Origin: an uncultured Acidobacteriota bacterium
GTDB lineage: Bacteria; Acidobacteriota; Terriglobia; UBA7540
DNA: 64,000 nt
Reading direction: 5' to 3'
NCBI GenBank assembly: GCA_963804995.1
Contig: CAWDSK010000006.1
Coordinates: 2,016,001 to 2,080,000 of the forward strand
In this document: piece after piece, positions 39,344-50,163 of the stretch
Layout of the letters: every line of letters starts with the position of its first letter
Position numbering within the stretch: the first letter of the stretch is position 1
Position numbers and translations under genes: made by a program
The notes under the pieces: generated by a model
Told to the model about the DNA's origin: nothing
What the model saw: only the letters and a program-made list of their open reading frames with translations
Database searches by the model: none

Positions 39344-41556
39344 AAACACTTTGGAACCACCCCCCGACCCACTCCTTGGAAAGGAGAGGAGCCGAAACTC
39401 CCCTCCTTAGTAAGGAGGGGTGCCCGGAGGGCGGGGTGGTTGAACCCGAACGCTACGAATTGAGTGCTCCCGCCACTTATCACTTTGCGCTGCCACGGCG
39501 CGATTTCTTCAAGGTGTTGGGCGGCGGCATCGTGGTTTTCTGCCTCCTTGATAGCCCTTTGATTGGGCAGGAAGCCGGTCGCGCCCGCCGTCGGCCCGAG
39601 GAATCTCTGCCGCAGGACATCGCTGCCTGGCTGCACGTCACCGAAAAGGGTGAAGTCAACGTTTGCACGGGCAAGGTGGAGGTGGGGCAGAACATTCGCA
39701 CCTCGCTCACGCAGGCCGTGGCCGAGGAGTTGCGGATTGCGCCCGGCTCGATCCACCTCCTCATGGGCGACACCGACCACGTTCCCTTTGATATGGGGAC
39801 TTTCGGCAGCCGGACAACTCCCACCATGAACCCGCAACTTCGCCGGGCGGCTGCTACCGCGCGGGAAGCCCTCATCGACCTCGCCGCCGAGGCTTGGAAA
39901 GTAGACCGCACGAAACTGGTGGCGGCCAATGGCGCCGTAACAAATCCGGAAACACGTCAAGCCGCAAGCTACGCGGAACTGGCCAAGGGGCGCGAACTCG
40001 CGAAGACCATTCCTGCGGAAGACCCTCTCACTCCTGCGACCGGATGGACGGTCATGGGCAAGCCGCTCCCGAAGGTCACGGGCCGCGACATCGTTACGGG
40101 CAGGCATCGCTACCCTTCTGACATCAAGCTGCCCGGGATGCATTACGGCAAAATTCTGCGGCCGCCTGCTTTCGGCGCCACACTCACTTCTCTCGACTCG
40201 CACGAGGCGCAATCGATGCCCGGCGTAACTGTGGTGCACGACGGTAACTTTGTGGGCGTTACTGCCCCCAATCCATACCTTGCCGAGAGTGCTCTCGCTG
40301 CTTTGCGCGCCACGTGGAAATCCCCGCCGCAGCCCTCCAGCGATGAGTTGTTCGATTACTTGAAGAAGAATGTGGAGCACGGAGAGGACCGCAACCGCCA
40401 CGCCGTCGGCTCAATGGAAAAGGGCCTGGCGGACGCGAGCCTGCGGCATAAACAAACCTACACCGTCTCCTACATCGCGCACGCGCCGCTGGAGCCCCGC
40501 GCCGCCGTGGCCGAATGGAAAGACGGCAAGCTGAGCGTGTGGACCGGAACCCAGCGGCCTTTCGGAGTGCGCGGCGAACTGGCGGAAGCCTTTCACCTGC
40601 CGGAAGACCAGGTGCGGGTCCAGATGCCTGACATGGGCTCGGGCTACGGCGGCAAGCACACCGGCGAAGCGGCCGTGGAAGCGGCGCGCCTGGCCCAGGC
40701 CGCGCGCCAGCCCGTGAAGCTGGTGTGGACGCGCGAGGAGGAATTCACCTGGGCCTATTTTCGTCCGGCCGGAGTCATCGAAGTTTCCGCCGGCCTGCGA
40801 AGTGATGGCACGATCACCGCGTGGGAATTCCACAATTACAATTCCGGCGGCGCCGCCATCGGCACGCTCTACAACATACCGAATCAGCTCATTGAGTTTC
40901 ACTCCACCCAATCACCTTTGCGCCAGGGCTCGTATCGCTCGCTCGCTGCCACGGCCAATCATTTTGCGCGCGAGTCTTTCATGGATGAGCTTGCACACCT
41001 GGCCAAGATGGACCCACTGGAATTCCGGCTCAAGAACCTCGAGGATGCGCGCTTCCGGGCGGTGCTCGAAGCCGCCGCGCAGAAGTTCGGCTGGGGCCAA
41101 TCCAAGCCTCAGCCGGGGCATGGCTTCGGCATTGCGGGTGGGTTTGATAAAAATGGCTACGTGGCGACCTGCGCGGAAGTGGCGGTCGATCCTGAAACCC
41201 ACCAGGTAAACGTGGTGCGTGTGGTGACGGCCTTCGATTGTGGCGCGGTGGTCAATCCCGATCAGCTTCGCAATCAGATCGAGGGCGCGAATGTGATGGG
41301 TCTCGGCGGCGCATTGTTTGAAGCCATCAAGTTCGAAAACGGGCGCATCCTGAACCCGCACTTTGCGCAATATCGCGTGCCGCGCTTCAGTGACGCTCCC
41401 GCGCTGGAAGTCGTCCTGATCGATCGGAAGGATGTGCCTTCGGCGGGGGCGGGGGAAACTCCCATCGTGGGCATCGCGCCGGCCGTCGGTAATGCTATCT
41501 TCGCGGCTACAGGCAAACGCCTGCGCGGCCTGCCGATGGCTCCGAAGGGGGTGTAG
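39340..41556 (+). CDS. Molybdopterin-binding subunit of a xanthine-dehydrogenase-family enzyme (IorB-like)
   Basis: GTG start overlapping the upstream TGA; RRDFFK Tat-like motif, GKVEVGQ, AEEL, HAPLEP, GSGYGGK, GAGETP. Confidence 0.92.
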   Translation: MKTLWNHPPTHSLERRGAETPLLSKEGCPEGGVVEPERYELSAPATYHFALPRRDFFKVLGGGIVVFCLLDSPLIGQEAGRARRRPEESLPQDIAAWLHVTEKGEVNVCTGKVEVGQNIRTSLTQAVAEELRIAPGSIHLLMGDTDHVPFDMGTFGSRTTPTMNPQLRRAAATAREALIDLAAEAWKVDRTKLVAANGAVTNPETRQAASYAELAKGRELAKTIPAEDPLTPATGWTVMGKPLPKVTGRDIVTGRHRYPSDIKLPGMHYGKILRPPAFGATLTSLDSHEAQSMPGVTVVHDGNFVGVTAPNPYLAESALAALRATWKSPPQPSSDELFDYLKKNVEHGEDRNRHAVGSMEKGLADASLRHKQTYTVSYIAHAPLEPRAAVAEWKDGKLSVWTGTQRPFGVRGELAEAFHLPEDQVRVQMPDMGSGYGGKHTGEAAVEAARLAQAARQPVKLVWTREEEFTWAYFRPAGVIEVSAGLRSDGTITAWEFHNYNSGGAAIGTLYNIPNQLIEFHSTQSPLRQGSYRSLAATANHFARESFMDELAHLAKMDPLEFRLKNLEDARFRAVLEAAAQKFGWGQSKPQPGHGFGIAGGFDKNGYVATCAEVAVDPETHQVNVVRVVTAFDCGAVVNPDQLRNQIEGANVMGLGGALFEAIKFENGRILNPHFAQYRVPRFSDAPALEVVLIDRKDVPSAGAGETPIVGIAPAVGNAIFAATGKRLRGLPMAPKGV

Positions 41557-41602
41557 AGCAGGTGGAGTAGCCGTAGACAAAAAAGGGGGGCGCAAAACGT
41601 CT

Positions 41603-41687
41603 GAAGACGGGGAAGTTGGTGGGACGTCGCGCGCTATGCCGCGCGGAGAGCAACTTCTGGGACAAGTCCCAAGATGACAAAAAGTCG
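41603..41687. repeat. Diverged ~85-bp repeat, copy 2
   Basis: Similar to 3194-3278. Confidence 0.7.
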
Positions 41688-41857
41688 TGGACGGATTGCC
41701 CCTCCACCGTGCCGCACACTTGGCCGCGCGGAAAAATATACCGGAATTATCCCAATACGCGGCGGGGGCGTAACCCGCCGTTTGAAAAGCCGCAGGGCTG
41801 GAAAGCGAGCCCTGCGCTACATGCTGCCCAAGGCACCGAAGGGGGTTTAGCTGCGCT

Positions 41858-44296
41858 ATGCAAATCAGAACCCATTATGTGTTCCGTTCCATCCTGATCC
41901 TAGGATTCGGTGCCGCGTTGTGGGCGGCCACTCACGTGTCGCGCGTCGCGGGTGAGGCGGCGTCTCCACGCGCGCAAGCTTCATCCGGCACATCACTCGA
42001 AGTACAGGCCCACGCCGCACTTTCCGTCATCGATGGGAAAATCAAGCTCACCGGACTGCATCATCCCGTCACCGTGTTGCGCGATCGTTGGGGAGTGCCG
42101 CACATCTACGCCCAAGATCAGCACGACTTGTTTTTCGCCCAGGGCTTCGTCGCATCGCAGGACCGCCTGTTCCAGATGGAACTCTGGAAGCGCTTGGGGC
42201 AAGGGCGATTGGCGGAAATCTTCGGGCCCTCGATGCTCGAACGCGACGTGAACGCGCGGCGCCTGCGCTATCGTGGGGCGATGGCGGCTGAGTACGCGAG
42301 TTACTCTCCCGACACAAAGGAAATTCTGGAGGCCTTCACCGAAGGGATCAATGCTGAACATCCGATACCTCACGTCGCCAGGCGGCCCCGGCCTCCCCTT
42401 GGAATTCCGGCTCGCGGGCTTTTCCCCCGAGCCTTGGAAACCTGAGGACTGCATTCTGCGCATGGCGGGATTTCCCATGACCGGCAACGCGGCGCGCGAA
42501 CTTTTTCACGCTCAACTGGTGGCGCTGGTGGGAGCGGAGGGTGCCGCGAAGTTGCTGGACCTGGATCCCGCCGTCAAGCTCGATCCCGCCCCGGGCCTGG
42601 ACCTCACCGGCCTGACGGCTGATTTTCTGCGCAACCTGCCGGGAAGCGATGATCGCCTGGAATTTCCACCCGAGCCGGGAGTGCAGGGCAGCAACAACTG
42701 GACGGTGTCCGGCAAGCTGACCAGTACGGGGCGCCCGATTCTGGCGAACGATCCCCATCGCGGCATCGCCTTGCCCTCGCTGCGCTACGTCGTGCACCTG
42801 GTGGCGCCCGGTTGGGATGTTATTGGAGCCGGCGAACCGGCCTTGCCGGGCGTGGCGATTGGACACAATCAGCACGTCGCCTGGGGCATCACGATTTTTG
42901 CCGTGGACCAGCAGGACCTTTACGTTGAGACCATCGATCCCGCTGACCCGCTTCGTTACAAAACCGAAACGGGCTGGGAGCGGATGCGCGTGGAGGAGGA
43001 GGAAATCCGCATCAAGGGCAAGCCCTCCGTGCGAGCCCAGATGAAGTTCACTCGCCATGGCCCCGTGCTGTGGGAGGACCCGGCCCACCACCGCGTCCTG
43101 GCCCTGCGTTGGGTGGGAGCGGAACCGGGGACGGCGGGCTACCTGCCTTCCCTCGCCATCGATCGCGTCCAGAACTGGGAACAGTTTGAAGCGGCCATGC
43201 CGCGCTGGAAAGTGCCTCCGGAAAACATCGTCTACGCCGACACGGCGGGAAACATTGGCGAGCACTCCATGGGCCTCACGCCCCTGCGCAAGAATTGGTC
43301 AGGGCAACTGCCGGTGCCTGGAGACAAGGGATTATGAATGGTCAGGTTGGATTCCCGCCGCGAAATTGCCGCACCAGTTCAACCCCGCCGAGGGCTTCGT
43401 CGCCACCGCCAACCACAAAATGATTCCTGAGGATTACCCCTTTAAGGTGGGAAACGAATGGTCGCCTCCCTACCGCTTCCTGCGGATTCACGAAGTGTTG
43501 CGCGACGCCGCAACGCGAGGGAAAAAGCTGAGCGTAGAAGATTTGGGCCGCCTGCAAAGTGATGTCGTGTCACTGCCCGCGCGTGAGCTTCAGCCGCTGC
43601 TCGCACATGCGGTGGGCAACTCGCGTAATGCGGCGGCGCGCTTGCTGCTCGACTGGAACTGTTCACTCGATCGCGACTCTGCCGCGGCAGCGCTATTTGA
43701 ACTGTGGCTTCCGGAAGTCCAGCGCTCCGTATATCACCTTCTGGCGCAGCAAAGCGCTTGGGCACTTATGGAAGGTCATGGAGCATTGCCTGTCGTTATG
43801 CGCCACCTCGAGCACCCTGATGTGGCAACCTTCGGCCCTTCGCCTGAAGCCGCGCGCGACCGCTTGCTGCTCTCAACCCTCGCCATCGCCGTCGACAAAC
43901 TCAGCAGGCTTGAAGGCTCCGACCCCAAGCAGTGGTCCTGGGGAAAGATTCACGTCGTCCACTTCCGCCATCCTCTCGATCGCCTGCCCGGCGCAGCCGC
44001 GTTGATGGATTTGACGCCGCTGGCCAGACCAGGTGATGGTTTTACCGCCTGCGCCACCAGCTTCTCCGGAAATAGGCTTCGAGCAGACGCATGGGGCAAG
44101 CTATCGCGAGGTGATGGATGCGGCGGATTGGGACCGGTCGCAGGGGATCAATGTGCCGGGCGAAAGCGCCCAACCCGGCAGCCCTCACTATGGTGATTTG
44201 TATCCTCTCTGGATCGAGGGCAAATACTTCCCGCTCGTCTACTCTCGCCCCGCCGTGGAAAAGGAAACCACGGGGCGGTTGGTGCTGGCGCCGTGA
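41858..44296 (+). pseudogene. Penicillin acylase-family (S45) Ntn hydrolase with 3 frameshifts (pseudogene or sequencing error)
   Basis: RDRWGVPHIYA, QDRLFQM, GSNNW, LANDPH, ATANH, GASYR and PGES..PGSPHY are spread over four successive frames. Confidence 0.85.
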
Positions 44297-44444
44297 GAGG
44301 GGAAACCTTTGGGTCGGGTCATCGGTTCATCGGGCCATCGGGCCATTGAGTGATGGGTGATTTGCGATTGATGATTTGCGGATTGTGATTGGTGATTGAG
44401 GTCCGCCCGGAACACCCTTCTCCTGCCGCATGTACGGCGTAGCG

Positions 44445-46357
44445 GTTGCGGTAGGGATACCGGTTACCCGGTACCCCCCGCACGGATCCGTACGTGCGCT
44501 GGTTAGCGCATACGGCTCTTATCTCGGATGTGTGGCGGCGAACCGTTGGGATGGCCAAGGATGCACAACGTGCGGAGCAGGCAACCAGCAGGCCGCAAGC
44601 TTCCCCAGTCGGTCCCAGTTGAGGCGGTGGCGTTGACTGCGTTGACGCAGTTGTGTTCGCCACAGTCGGGTCAACCGTTCCCGAAAGATTCGCAGGCGGT
44701 CGAGGTTTCCCGGTACCGCGTGATAGTTGAAGTAGCCTTGCACGACCGACCGGAGCCATTTACCCGTATCCGCGATGGGATCGTGCCGACGCTGCCGGAG
44801 TTGTTGCTTGAGTTCCTGCAACTTCCCCCGCAGGCGCTTGCTGATCGTCTTCCGCTTCACGGTAAATTGCCCCCTCCGGTTCTTCCCGCTGATATGCGTG
44901 AAGCCCAGAAAGTCGAACGTCTCCGGCTTACCTTCTCCTCTCCGTTTCCGGTAAAGTTCGGCAAACGGCCCGAACTCGATCCGGCGCGTTTTGTCAGGAT
45001 GCAGTTCCAATCCAAACTTCCCCACCCGCTCCCGGAAATCCTCCAGAAAGCGGTCGGCTTCCGTCTGCGATTGGAATCCAAGGACCGTATCGTCGGCATA
45101 CCGCACCACGACCACGTCTCCCCGGGCGTGCTTCTTGCGCCACGCCTGCACCCACAGGTCAAAGACGTAGTGCAGATAGATATTCGCCAGCAGGGGCGAG
45201 ACCACCGCCCCTTGTGGCGTACCCATCTCCGTCTCCGACCATTCGCCTTCCTCCCTCACCCCGGCTTTCAGCCATTTCTGGATGAGCCGGAGAATCCGGG
45301 GGTCGGCGACGCGATGCTGCACGAACTTGAGCATCCATTCGTGGGATATCGAATCGAAAAATCCACGAATGTCCGCGTCAAGAACGTAGTTCACGTGCTT
45401 CACCGTGAGCGCGTACGAGAGCGCGTCCAGCGCTTGATGCTGGCTGCATCCCGGTCGAAAGCCATACGAGAAGCCCAGAAAGTCTTCCTCGTAAATCGCA
45501 TTGAGGATGGTGACCACGGCCTGTTGGACGATCTTGTCCTCCAGTGCCGCAACCCCCAACGGACGTTGCCGCCCGTCGCCTTTCGGGATATACGCCCTTC
45601 GCGAGGGCTTCGCTCGGAATGCTCCGCGGTGGACCCGGCTGTGCAGATCGACGAGTCGACCTTCCAGCCCGCTTTCATACTCCTGCCACGTCATGCCGTC
45701 TACTCCCGGTGCAGCTTTTCGCTTCAAGGCGTAAAAGCTTTCCCGCAGCAGATCGACCGTTAAGTGGTGGAGCAAGGCCGTGAACTTCATCTCCCTGTGT
45801 TCCTTCGCGGCTTTCCGCACACCCGCGAGTCCCTGGGACACGCGTGCCCCGCTCTGTGTCGGGTGCGTGTTAGGCCAACGGGTGTTCTCCTTGATCAGCG
45901 GCCTTCCCTCCTCATTCTCCGCCAACGGCTTCCCGTCTTTGTTCAAATGATTCATCGGTACTGTTCCGCTGTCCGACTCCTCGAAAGCGTGCAGGCGGGC
46001 TGTACGGCCATCGCCTTTTCCCGCCGTCCGGCCACGATCTACGGCGGCCGGCGCCTCCGAGGTCTCCCGGTTCTCGTGCAGAAAGTGTCTAGGCGTGTCT
46101 GGGGTCTACGACTACGCAGGACTGTGCCGGAACTCGCGTTGGCGTCCCGGCCTCATGTTGCCTTCCGTTTAGTCTGAAAACGTCGGCGTCCTGATTGGAC
46201 ATTTTCGAAGCTCAATACCCAGCCCACCTATTCCCCTGTTTACGCTTCACCGTGCGCCTCACGACGCCCAGCGCAAAACTCGGGGCCGAGTGGATCGCTG
46301 CTCCTTCCTCGTGAGAAATTTTCATTCTCTGCTTTCTGCCGGTTTATCCCGGCGCAC
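44445..46357 (-). mobile_element. Complete group II intron (resembles bacterial class E)
   Basis: 5' GTGCG at 46357; domain V/VI GAGCCGTATGCG...CGCACGTACGGATCCGTGCGGGGGG...CCCTACCGCAAC ending at 44445; internal RT ORF. Confidence 0.93.
44519..45955 (-). CDS. ltrA: Group II intron reverse transcriptase/maturase without an endonuclease domain
   Basis: APGVDG, YIPKGDGRQRPLG, SYGFRP, DADIRGFFD, GTPQG, RYADD, FDFLGF, domain X GYFNY. Confidence 0.96.
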   Translation of the reverse strand: MNHLNKDGKPLAENEEGRPLIKENTRWPNTHPTQSGARVSQGLAGVRKAAKEHREMKFTALLHHLTVDLLRESFYALKRKAAPGVDGMTWQEYESGLEGRLVDLHSRVHRGAFRAKPSRRAYIPKGDGRQRPLGVAALEDKIVQQAVVTILNAIYEEDFLGFSYGFRPGCSQHQALDALSYALTVKHVNYVLDADIRGFFDSISHEWMLKFVQHRVADPRILRLIQKWLKAGVREEGEWSETEMGTPQGAVVSPLLANIYLHYVFDLWVQAWRKKHARGDVVVVRYADDTVLGFQSQTEADRFLEDFRERVGKFGLELHPDKTRRIEFGPFAELYRKRRGEGKPETFDFLGFTHISGKNRRGQFTVKRKTISKRLRGKLQELKQQLRQRRHDPIADTGKWLRSVVQGYFNYHAVPGNLDRLRIFRERLTRLWRTQLRQRSQRHRLNWDRLGKLAACWLPAPHVVHPWPSQRFAATHPR

Positions 46358-46439
46358 CAGACCTCCGCCGTTGAGGTCTGCGGCTCTTCGTATGTCATCG
46401 GAGCGAATGGTGGGTGGCGAAGAACCAGCCTTTCAAACC

Positions 46440-46476
46440 AAGAACCGCGGCCCCCAAAACCGGGGGACCGCGCTAC
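46440..46476 (-). repeat. GTAG-type REP, inverted partner of the intron-interrupted REP
   Basis: Minus strand GTAGCGCGGTCCCCCGGTTTTGGGGGCCGCGGTTCTT. Confidence 0.75.
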
Positions 46477-46884
46477 GAAACATCGCCGCCGGTAGCGGGG
46501 AAGCCTTGCGGCAGGCGGTCGGCAGTAACCACTGGCGCTGGCCCAAGCCGAACGGTTGCCGCGGCGACCCCTACGATGTGCGCGAAAATTCTTGTTGTTA
46601 AACACACCTTTCTCTGTGTCCTCTGCGGCCAGAAGAGCTTTCACACAGAGGCCACGGAGATACTCTGTGCGCTCTGTGTTGAAGCTTGAGAGGCACGGAG
46701 GACACAGAGAGATTCGTTTTGATTGCGGCCTCCTGCCGCGCTGCTACCTGCTAAATTGGTTGCGAGGTGACCCCCTCACCCGCCCCGGCGACTTTGAGTT
46801 TTGCGTTTTGCGCTTTGTGTTTTGACTTTCTCTTCCGGCTCTGCCGCGCTCCGCTCCCGGCTCGACTACCCCATCGAATTCCCC

Positions 46885-48387
46885 CTACGGCAGCGTGACC
46901 ACGGCCACGGCGAGGCCTCCCAGGGTTACCTCATCGCTGCGCAACTGGCCCTGCGCGGGCGGCTCGAACGCGGTCTGCTGATCGACTACTTCCATGCGGC
47001 CACCGGCGGCGCCGGGGATGGAAACCACCTGTGCCCAGAGGCGCTTATTGATCAGCAGCACCTTATGCTTGCCGTCGCGAGTCACGAAGCCTTGGATGAA
47101 CAGTTCCTCATCCGGCGGGTCGGTATCAACCAGTTTATCCCCAGGCCCGAAATTCTCGCGCAGAAGTTTCAGCACCCAGGCGCGCGCATTCGGTTTATTC
47201 AAGGCCCAGTCCACCAGGCTGACGCTGGGATACTGCGTCGGGTAGCCCACAAGCTGCGATTCCCCGACCACTTCGATCCCCATGCGGGCCAGCTCGCCGA
47301 AAGCGTAGGCGTAGAGCGCGCCTGAAAGGTTCCAAAAGAAATTGGGGATCGGCTTGACGACGTGCCCCGGTAGTGACTGAGTGCGATCATCGCCGGAGAT
47401 CGCCCCCAGCTCATCGATGTCCGTCTGCGTTTGGGGAGAGAGCCGCTGGCGAATGCTGTCCACGTAGCGCACCACATTCAGGAAACCATTCATCTGATCG
47501 AAGAAAGTGTACTGCTGGCCCTCTGGCGACTGCTCCGCCGTGGGGGAGGCGTAAAAGTGGTAGCTGACCATGTCCACAGGAATTCCCGGCTTGTGGTGGC
47601 GCGGATTCAAGAAATACTCAAAGATCTCCGGATGGTGTCCCGTCTCGTCCAGCGCCAGCGACACGAACTTCATGTGGGGCGCCACTTGCCGGACGGCTTC
47701 CACGATGGCGTCGTAGCTGGCCGTGTATTCCTGCGGGGTCATGGAGTGTTCGTCATCAACCTCGTTGAAAACTTCCCAGTAGTCGATTTTGTAGTGATGG
47801 TCGGAGGCGTGGAACTTTCCATACTCGTCCTTGAATCCACCCTGGGTGTACCAGCTCACCAGGCGCTGGTAGTAACCCGCCAACTCTTTGCGCGAGGGAT
47901 CACGCAACTCAGTTCCCTGCTGGTAGGTCCAGGTCACCTGGTCGGGATCCGCGGGATAGGGCACGGGCTCGGGGGTTTTGTACATCCATTGCGGGATGGC
48001 GCTGAAATTGATCACGACGGAATGGTCGGCGGTCGCTTCCATAAAGTCCGCCATGACGGGGTCGATCAGGGAAAAATCCCAGAATGTCTTGCCGTCGTGC
48101 GGCGGATCGAGTTCCGCCACCGACAGCTTGGGGTAAGGCAACCAGGGCACGTAACGGACGTAGTCGCAGCCCAGATCATGCAGGGTGCGGAAAGCCGCGT
48201 CGTGCATGGAGGCGCCCCGGCGCAGCATGGGGTTCACCACCACTTGCAAGGTGGGATTGGTACGGGAGACGCGCACCACTTTGTTCCAGTCGATTTTGAT
48301 TTTATTTGCGGAGTCAGCAGCCTGAAGTGCGGGGCTGATTGAGAAAAGTATAAGGATTGGTAGGACTAATAGGCTTCGATTCTTCAT
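46885..48387 (-). CDS. Secreted glycoside hydrolase (clan GH-A, GH39-like)
   Basis: Signal peptide; YWEVFNEVD (acid/base), VSYHFY, IDELG (nucleophile). Confidence 0.75.
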   Translation of the reverse strand: MKNRSLLVLPILILFSISPALQAADSANKIKIDWNKVVRVSRTNPTLQVVVNPMLRRGASMHDAAFRTLHDLGCDYVRYVPWLPYPKLSVAELDPPHDGKTFWDFSLIDPVMADFMEATADHSVVINFSAIPQWMYKTPEPVPYPADPDQVTWTYQQGTELRDPSRKELAGYYQRLVSWYTQGGFKDEYGKFHASDHHYKIDYWEVFNEVDDEHSMTPQEYTASYDAIVEAVRQVAPHMKFVSLALDETGHHPEIFEYFLNPRHHKPGIPVDMVSYHFYASPTAEQSPEGQQYTFFDQMNGFLNVVRYVDSIRQRLSPQTQTDIDELGAISGDDRTQSLPGHVVKPIPNFFWNLSGALYAYAFGELARMGIEVVGESQLVGYPTQYPSVSLVDWALNKPNARAWVLKLLRENFGPGDKLVDTDPPDEELFIQGFVTRDGKHKVLLINKRLWAQVVSIPGAAGGRMEVVDQQTAFEPPAQGQLRSDEVTLGGLAVAVVTLP

Positions 48388-48459
48388 GGTGTCACCTTCG
48401 GAGGGGAATTAAAGTGATTCATTATTACTGAGCTTTGCATAATTAAGGTGAGGCAAAGA

Positions 48460-48532
48460 CCCCCTCACCCGTCCCGCCCCGGCTGGTGAAAGCGCCGGCG
48501 GCGGTCCACCCTCTCCCCCAAAGGGGCGAGGG
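48460..48532 (+). repeat. 70-bp palindromic repeat copy
   Basis: Nearly identical to 25987-26060. Confidence 0.9.
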
Positions 48533-48607
48533 TTGTAAATTCAAATCGACTCTCCCCTCGGAGAGGGCCATGCCTTGCGCGCACGCGCGGGCGCGAAGCG
48601 CCGGGGC

Positions 48608-50020
48608 TCAGATCCTGACCAGCGGAATTTTCATGACGGAGGCCAGCTTCTCGATTCGTCCCGCCAGGTGCCCCACCCCCAACGCGACGTGGTGCGTGGG
48701 AGCTTCGTGGCACCAACGATTGACGAACTCCGCGGGGGGCTGGGCAAATTTCAGCCGCGAGTTGGTGTTGCCGATGCGCAGCGTGGGGCCGGGTAGGGAT
48801 TCACCTTCCGCCATAAGCATTTTCAGTTTGCCTTCGGCAGTCTGCGTTACTCCCAAAATCGTGATGGGGCCTTTCGCGACTTTGAATTCCACCGATACCC
48901 CGTAGCCGCGCTTGCCGTGGTAAAGCCCCAGCCCGCGCAGGAGCGGGCGTTGATCACTGATGGTGATGTGCCCGGGCCCGTCGTGACCCATCAGCAGAAA
49001 GTCTTCGCGGAAATCCATGGCGTAGAATTCCGTGTAGGAGCCGCCCGCGCCGAACTGGTCGATGATCTTCATACCCAGACAGGTTTTGAGGTCCCCCTCT
49101 CCACTGGCGGGAATGCCACGCGCCGTGAGCAAGGAATTGCCCATAATCAGGCCCGCGCCCAGACGCTCGTATTCGTTGCCATCCAGGCCGCGGTAATAGT
49201 AGGTCAGGCCGTTGAGCGCGAAGTCCGCCACCAACCGGTCAAGACCCACGGCGGCCTGGGCTGACCAGACCAGGTCCTCCGGTTTGACGCTGGGGTCGAC
49301 GTCGAAGACGGCGCGCGCTTCCTCCAACTTCTTCTGCACCTCAGCATCGCCGACTGCAGGGACGCGCTTTTGGAGGTCGCACATCTCCAGGACTTCGACG
49401 TGCGCGCCCACTTGCCCGTGCACGGCGGTGAAGTCCGAATACATGTCGAGCATGCCGGGATAATTGTGGCCGAGGAACCCGATGCGGGCGCGGCGCAGGG
49501 TTCGCGCCACACCGGCGGCGGAGCACCAGTCTTCAATCTCGCGCCAGGCCGACGCGTCATCACGCAACATGCCGGAGACCACGCGGAGGTCGATTGAAGA
49601 GCGCGCAAAGGCGTTCGCGATTTCCGGCGCGCAGCAGGTGCAACAATTCGCCAGCCACTCGCCCGTGTCTGTCGCTTCGTAATCGAGCGCCGCAATGGGC
49701 TGAAGATTCAGCACCACCACCGGCACGCGCGCGCGCTGCACCACCGGCAAAACCTGCGAGGAGGTGGCGTAGGTCGCGATGTAACAGATGATCAGGTCAA
49801 CACCCTCGCGCCGGAAGAGGTCACCGGCTTCCTGGGCGCGCTCGGGCGTGTCCACCAGGCCGCTCGAAATTATTTTCGCCCCGAAGCCGGCGAGGCGGCT
49901 TTCCACTTCGCGCTGGTAGCCTTCCAGGCGCTCCTTGAGGCCGGGAAACTGCGGCCAGTAGGCGGCGAGGCCGATTCCAAAGACCCCGAGGTTGGCCGGG
50001 GTCTTGCTGCCGGAAGTCAT
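48608..50020 (-). CDS. L-fucose/L-arabinose isomerase-family protein
   Basis: YPGMLDM, GEGDL, YTEF, MGHDGP, PTHHVALGVGH; AGGAG RBS. Confidence 0.85.
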   Translation of the reverse strand: MTSGSKTPANLGVFGIGLAAYWPQFPGLKERLEGYQREVESRLAGFGAKIISSGLVDTPERAQEAGDLFRREGVDLIICYIATYATSSQVLPVVQRARVPVVVLNLQPIAALDYEATDTGEWLANCCTCCAPEIANAFARSSIDLRVVSGMLRDDASAWREIEDWCSAAGVARTLRRARIGFLGHNYPGMLDMYSDFTAVHGQVGAHVEVLEMCDLQKRVPAVGDAEVQKKLEEARAVFDVDPSVKPEDLVWSAQAAVGLDRLVADFALNGLTYYYRGLDGNEYERLGAGLIMGNSLLTARGIPASGEGDLKTCLGMKIIDQFGAGGSYTEFYAMDFREDFLLMGHDGPGHITISDQRPLLRGLGLYHGKRGYGVSVEFKVAKGPITILGVTQTAEGKLKMLMAEGESLPGPTLRIGNTNSRLKFAQPPAEFVNRWCHEAPTHHVALGVGHLAGRIEKLASVMKIPLVRI

Positions 50021-50163
50021 GTTCACTCCTTGAAACCCGCGCTCATAGTATCTCGGAGTGCGCGCGGCTTCAAGCGCAGAGCGGCGGAGTCGCAACTAAA
50101 CTAGAAGGGGCGCTGCCATTTCCGTAGTTGCGTGCGGGTCCCGCTCCTGGGGTGGTGAAGTAA

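Noticed and set aside
41858..44296. Programmed ribosomal frameshifting
   Set aside because: Three shifts in one gene with no obvious slippery sites; error or decay is simpler.
44528..45763. 411-aa plus-strand ORF
   Set aside because: Antisense shadow of the intron RT.
44519..45955. Retron, DGR or defence-associated RT
   Set aside because: Clear group II intron boundaries, domain V/VI and maturase domain X; no template/variable repeat pair.
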